Of a DNA stretch of 63,017 nucleotides, positions 60,113 to 63,017 are shown piece after piece (the stretch's first letter is position 1; each line of letters opens with the position of its first letter). This DNA is from Cyanophyceae cyanobacterium (GTDB lineage: Bacteria > Cyanobacteriota > Cyanobacteriia > Cyanobacteriales > Laspinemataceae), in the NCBI GenBank assembly GCA_038321985.1, contig JBBQFN010000029.1:1-63017 (forward strand), written 5' to 3'. The translations under genes and the position numbers were made by a program. The notes beneath the pieces are model-generated. The model was not told the DNA's origin. It worked only from the letters and a program-made list of their open reading frames with translations, and ran no database searches.

Positions 60113-61384
60113 ATGCTTAAGTCTGGGGAGTGCTTAATTTTACGCAATTGTCGCTTACTAACTGGGGAACAGGTGGATATTCAGGTAGACAATGGGGCGA
60201 TCGCGGCGATCGCCCCCCAGCTACCCGGGGACGCCACTTCGGAACTGAATGTTCGGGGTCAACTCGTCAGTCCCCCCTTAGTAGAATCTCACATTCATTT
60301 AGATTCAGCGTTAACTGCCGGAGAACCCCGGATCAATCAAAGCGGCACGTTATTTGAGGGGATTCAAATTTGGGGGGAACGTAAGCCACAATTGACCCTG
60401 GAGGATGTCAAGCAACGGGCGATTAGCACCTTGAAACACCAGGCATCCCAGGGGGTCTTATTTGTTCGCACCCATGTTGATGTGAGTGCCCCCAACTTGA
60501 CGGCGTTACAGGCGATATTAGAAGTGCGCCAGAAGGTTAAAGAATTCATTACCCTACAAGTTGTGGCATTTCCCCAAGACGGGATTTATGGAAATATTCA
60601 GACTGAAGAATTGCTGGAAGAAGCCTTAAAACTCGGTGCAGATGTAGTGGGTGGCATCCCCCATTATGAATTTACCCGGGAGGATGGCGTGCGATCGGTT
60701 CATCGTATCTTTGAACTTGCCCAACAGTATAATCGACTCATTGATATTCACTGCGACGAGATTGATGACGAACAGTCTCGTTTTCTGGAAGTAGTCGCCG
60801 CTTATGCGCTTCGCAGTGGGATGGGTAACCGAGTCACCGCCTCTCATACTAGCGCATTTGGGTCGTATAATAATGCTTATGCTAATAAATTAATGGGATT
60901 ATTGAGGCGATCGCAAATTAATTTTGTGGCTAATCCTTTAATTAATATTACCTTGCAAGGACGGACCGATAGCTACCCCAAACGGCGCGGCGTCACCCGA
61001 GTTAAGGAATTATGGCAAAATGAATTAAACGTTTCCTTAGGACATGATTGCATTCAAGACCCCTGGTACAGTTTGGGGACGGGAAATATGTTAGATGTGG
61101 CTTATATGGCGCTTCATGTTTGCCAGATGACGGGGTTTGAGGAAATCAATGCTTGTTATGATATGATCACGACCCAGGGGGCAAAAACCTTACAAGTAGA
61201 GTCAAAATATGGGATTGAAGTTGGAAAACCAGCCAATTTAATTATCTGGGAAGCAGAGAGCAAGTTTGATATATTACGCCGTCGTCCTCCGGTGAAATAT
61301 GTGATGGCAAGGGGAAATTTAATCGCGCAAACCCAACCTGCGATCACAACTTGGGAACTCGATAACCAGAGTTTAATGTTTTAA
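60113..61384 (+). CDS. codA: Cytosine deaminase
   Basis: [28 protein letters not shown] and [10 protein letters not shown]. Confidence 0.95.
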   Translation: MLKSGECLILRNCRLLTGEQVDIQVDNGAIAAIAPQLPGDATSELNVRGQLVSPPLVESHIHLDSALTAGEPRINQSGTLFEGIQIWGERKPQLTLEDVKQRAISTLKHQASQGVLFVRTHVDVSAPNLTALQAILEVRQKVKEFITLQVVAFPQDGIYGNIQTEELLEEALKLGADVVGGIPHYEFTREDGVRSVHRIFELAQQYNRLIDIHCDEIDDEQSRFLEVVAAYALRSGMGNRVTASHTSAFGSYNNAYANKLMGLLRRSQINFVANPLINITLQGRTDSYPKRRGVTRVKELWQNELNVSLGHDCIQDPWYSLGTGNMLDVAYMALHVCQMTGFEEINACYDMITTQGAKTLQVESKYGIEVGKPANLIIWEAESKFDILRRRPPVKYVMARGNLIAQTQPAITTWELDNQSLMF

Positions 61385-61466
61385 CTTTAATACCCACAAC
61401 AGTGAAGAGGAAATAGGTTAGGGATAGGGCAATATCTTGATTACTACCTCATCCTAATTCCCTGAA

Positions 61467-62880
61467 TTAACGGGTTTCGGGGTGAGTCTCCTCAATTTCT
61501 CCGATCGCCCGCAGAATTTTTTGATAATCTAAATGATCTAAATTACCTTGCAACTGTTCGGCTAAAGCAAAATTTTCGGTCTGGAGTTCAGTGATAAGTT
61601 GCTTGATGGCTGTGGCATCTGTAGCGTAGATAGCTTGAGTCATGGCAATAATCCATTCTTTAGAGAGGGGGGATTGAGCAAGTCGTTCCGCTTTAGCAGA
61701 TTTAATTGCCTCCAAAATCGTGTAATAATCAAAATTTTCCAGGCAATCCCGAATGAGTTGATCCAAGTCGCTACATTCTGCCGGAATGTCTAAAAGCAGC
61801 CGATGGAGTTGTTCCTCATCCAAGGCTAAAGTCGCGTATTCGATATCACAAAGGAGTGAGGTAGATAATTTAGTTAATTTTGCCCATTGGGTTTCTCTAG
61901 AAGGCAATTTAGCACTTAAAACCGAGGTCATTTCTTCATAAATGTAAGAAACACCTAACTGCTGGGAAATTTTTTCAAAAACGATGGATTCTTGAATCGG
62001 TTTCATCAAAATATCATCATATCCAGCTAATAAGATGGCCGCTTTTTCTTCTTCAAAAATACTAGCAGTGACCGCGATGATTGCTGGGGATAAGTGTTTG
62101 TAAGCGGATTTAATCTGTTGGGTAGCTTGGCATCCATCCAGAATGGGCATTCGCACATTCATCCAAATTAAATGGGGTTTAAAACTATTACAAACTTCTA
62201 TCGCTTCTTGACCATCTTTAGCTTCTTTCACCTCAAATCCAACGGATGAAAGCATGGTGATTAGCAGTTCCCGGTTAGTGGTTTGGTCATCAGCGACTAA
62301 AATCCGATAGGGGGGTTGGTTGGGGGCGATCGCTAACACTCGGGGAGATCCAAGAAGTCCCCCTTGTGGGGTTGTCGATTCCACGGGATTAACGGTGATT
62401 TGAAATTTAAAAGTCGTTCCGACATTCCGTTGGGAACTAACCGTAATCTCTCCTCCTAACAAGCGCACATATTTGCGGCAAATGACTAACCCGAGGCCAG
62501 TCCCTTCTGCTGCTGCCATACCGGTTTCGGTCTGTACAAAAGGCTGGAAAAGGTTGCTGAGATCCTCACCATTCATCCCGCTACCTGTATCGGTTATTTC
62601 AAAACTTAAAAAGGTTTTGCCTGGGTCCATTATTGCCTTAACGTGCAGCTTAATTCCCCCTGATCGCGTGAATTTAACAGCATTACTCAGGAGGTTGATT
62701 AAAATTTGCCGAAGTTTGAGGCGATCGCTCTCTATGACAAGGGGAACCCTATTTTCTACAATAATTTCCAGGTTCAAACCTTTTTCTCGGATTTTGCGTC
62801 CAAACATTTCTTGTAGCTCGACCAACATATCTTTTAAGACAAATTCAGTCGAGTTAAGGGCAGTTTGGTCAGATTCAATT
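61467..62880 (-). pseudogene. Hybrid sensor histidine kinase, 3' fragment (HATPase-REC) cut by ISL3
   Basis: The frame runs from the IS junction as IESDQTALNSTEF..., just after HisKA. LRQILINLLSNAVKFT, GTGLGL and a REC domain are present; the H-box and sensor part are missing. Confidence 0.85.
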
Positions 62881-63017
62881 GGCTCTTCAGACTTTTTGGT
62901 GATAAGTTTTTCTAATTAGTTACTGAGCGTTTAAATGTTTTTGAGTGGCTACCTCTCTAATTTATAATGACTATGATGAAAAAGCTGCTAAAAGACGTAA
63001 CCGAAAGTTGTCAAAAT
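62881..63017 (-). mobile_element. ISL3-family insertion sequence, right end
   Basis: Begins GGCTCTTCAG and is the reverse complement of 4..140, including the FDNFRLRLL-coding segment. Confidence 0.85.

Noticed and set aside
1843..62728. High density of GCGATCGC
   Set aside because: This is the known cyanobacterial HIP1 repeat; useful for taxonomy but not novel.
1..63017. Composite transposon or linear replicon with terminal inverted repeats
   Set aside because: The repeats are IS right ends cut by the window edge and the cargo is core chromosomal genes; a contig break at an IS is simpler.

Overview
63 kb window, probably a whole contig, from a filamentous cyanobacterium (Oscillatoriales-like by inference; the HIP1 octamer GCGATCGC is very frequent). 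Both ends carry the same ~137-bp ISL3-family right end in inverted orientation, and the right-hand copy interrupts a hybrid histidine kinase. The interior is mostly core chromosome: ndhAIGE, NAD kinase, gltA, sixA, gpmI-secG, psb27, moaC, smpB, rpsU, codA, tRNA-Arg(ACG), tRNA-Ser(GCT), RND/MATE/MFS transporters, three GHL10-like hydrolases, a unidomain sucrose-phosphate synthase-like GT4, and two bilin photoreceptor/c-di-GMP enzymes. A gifB (IF17)-like gene carries an NtcA box and a glutamine riboswitch. The most unusual items are: (i) an N-terminally short ftsZ outside the ftsQ locus, probably a paralog, directly behind a cNMP/degenerate AAA+/membrane 4Fe-4S fusion gene; (ii) an NtcA box that could drive a ~100-nt sRNA one way and repress a small Cys-rich exported peptide gene the other way; (iii) a ~400-nt structured leader before rpsU; (iv) a consensus promoter with no gene. 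All calls come from reading motifs by eye; no database searches or folding computations were run.
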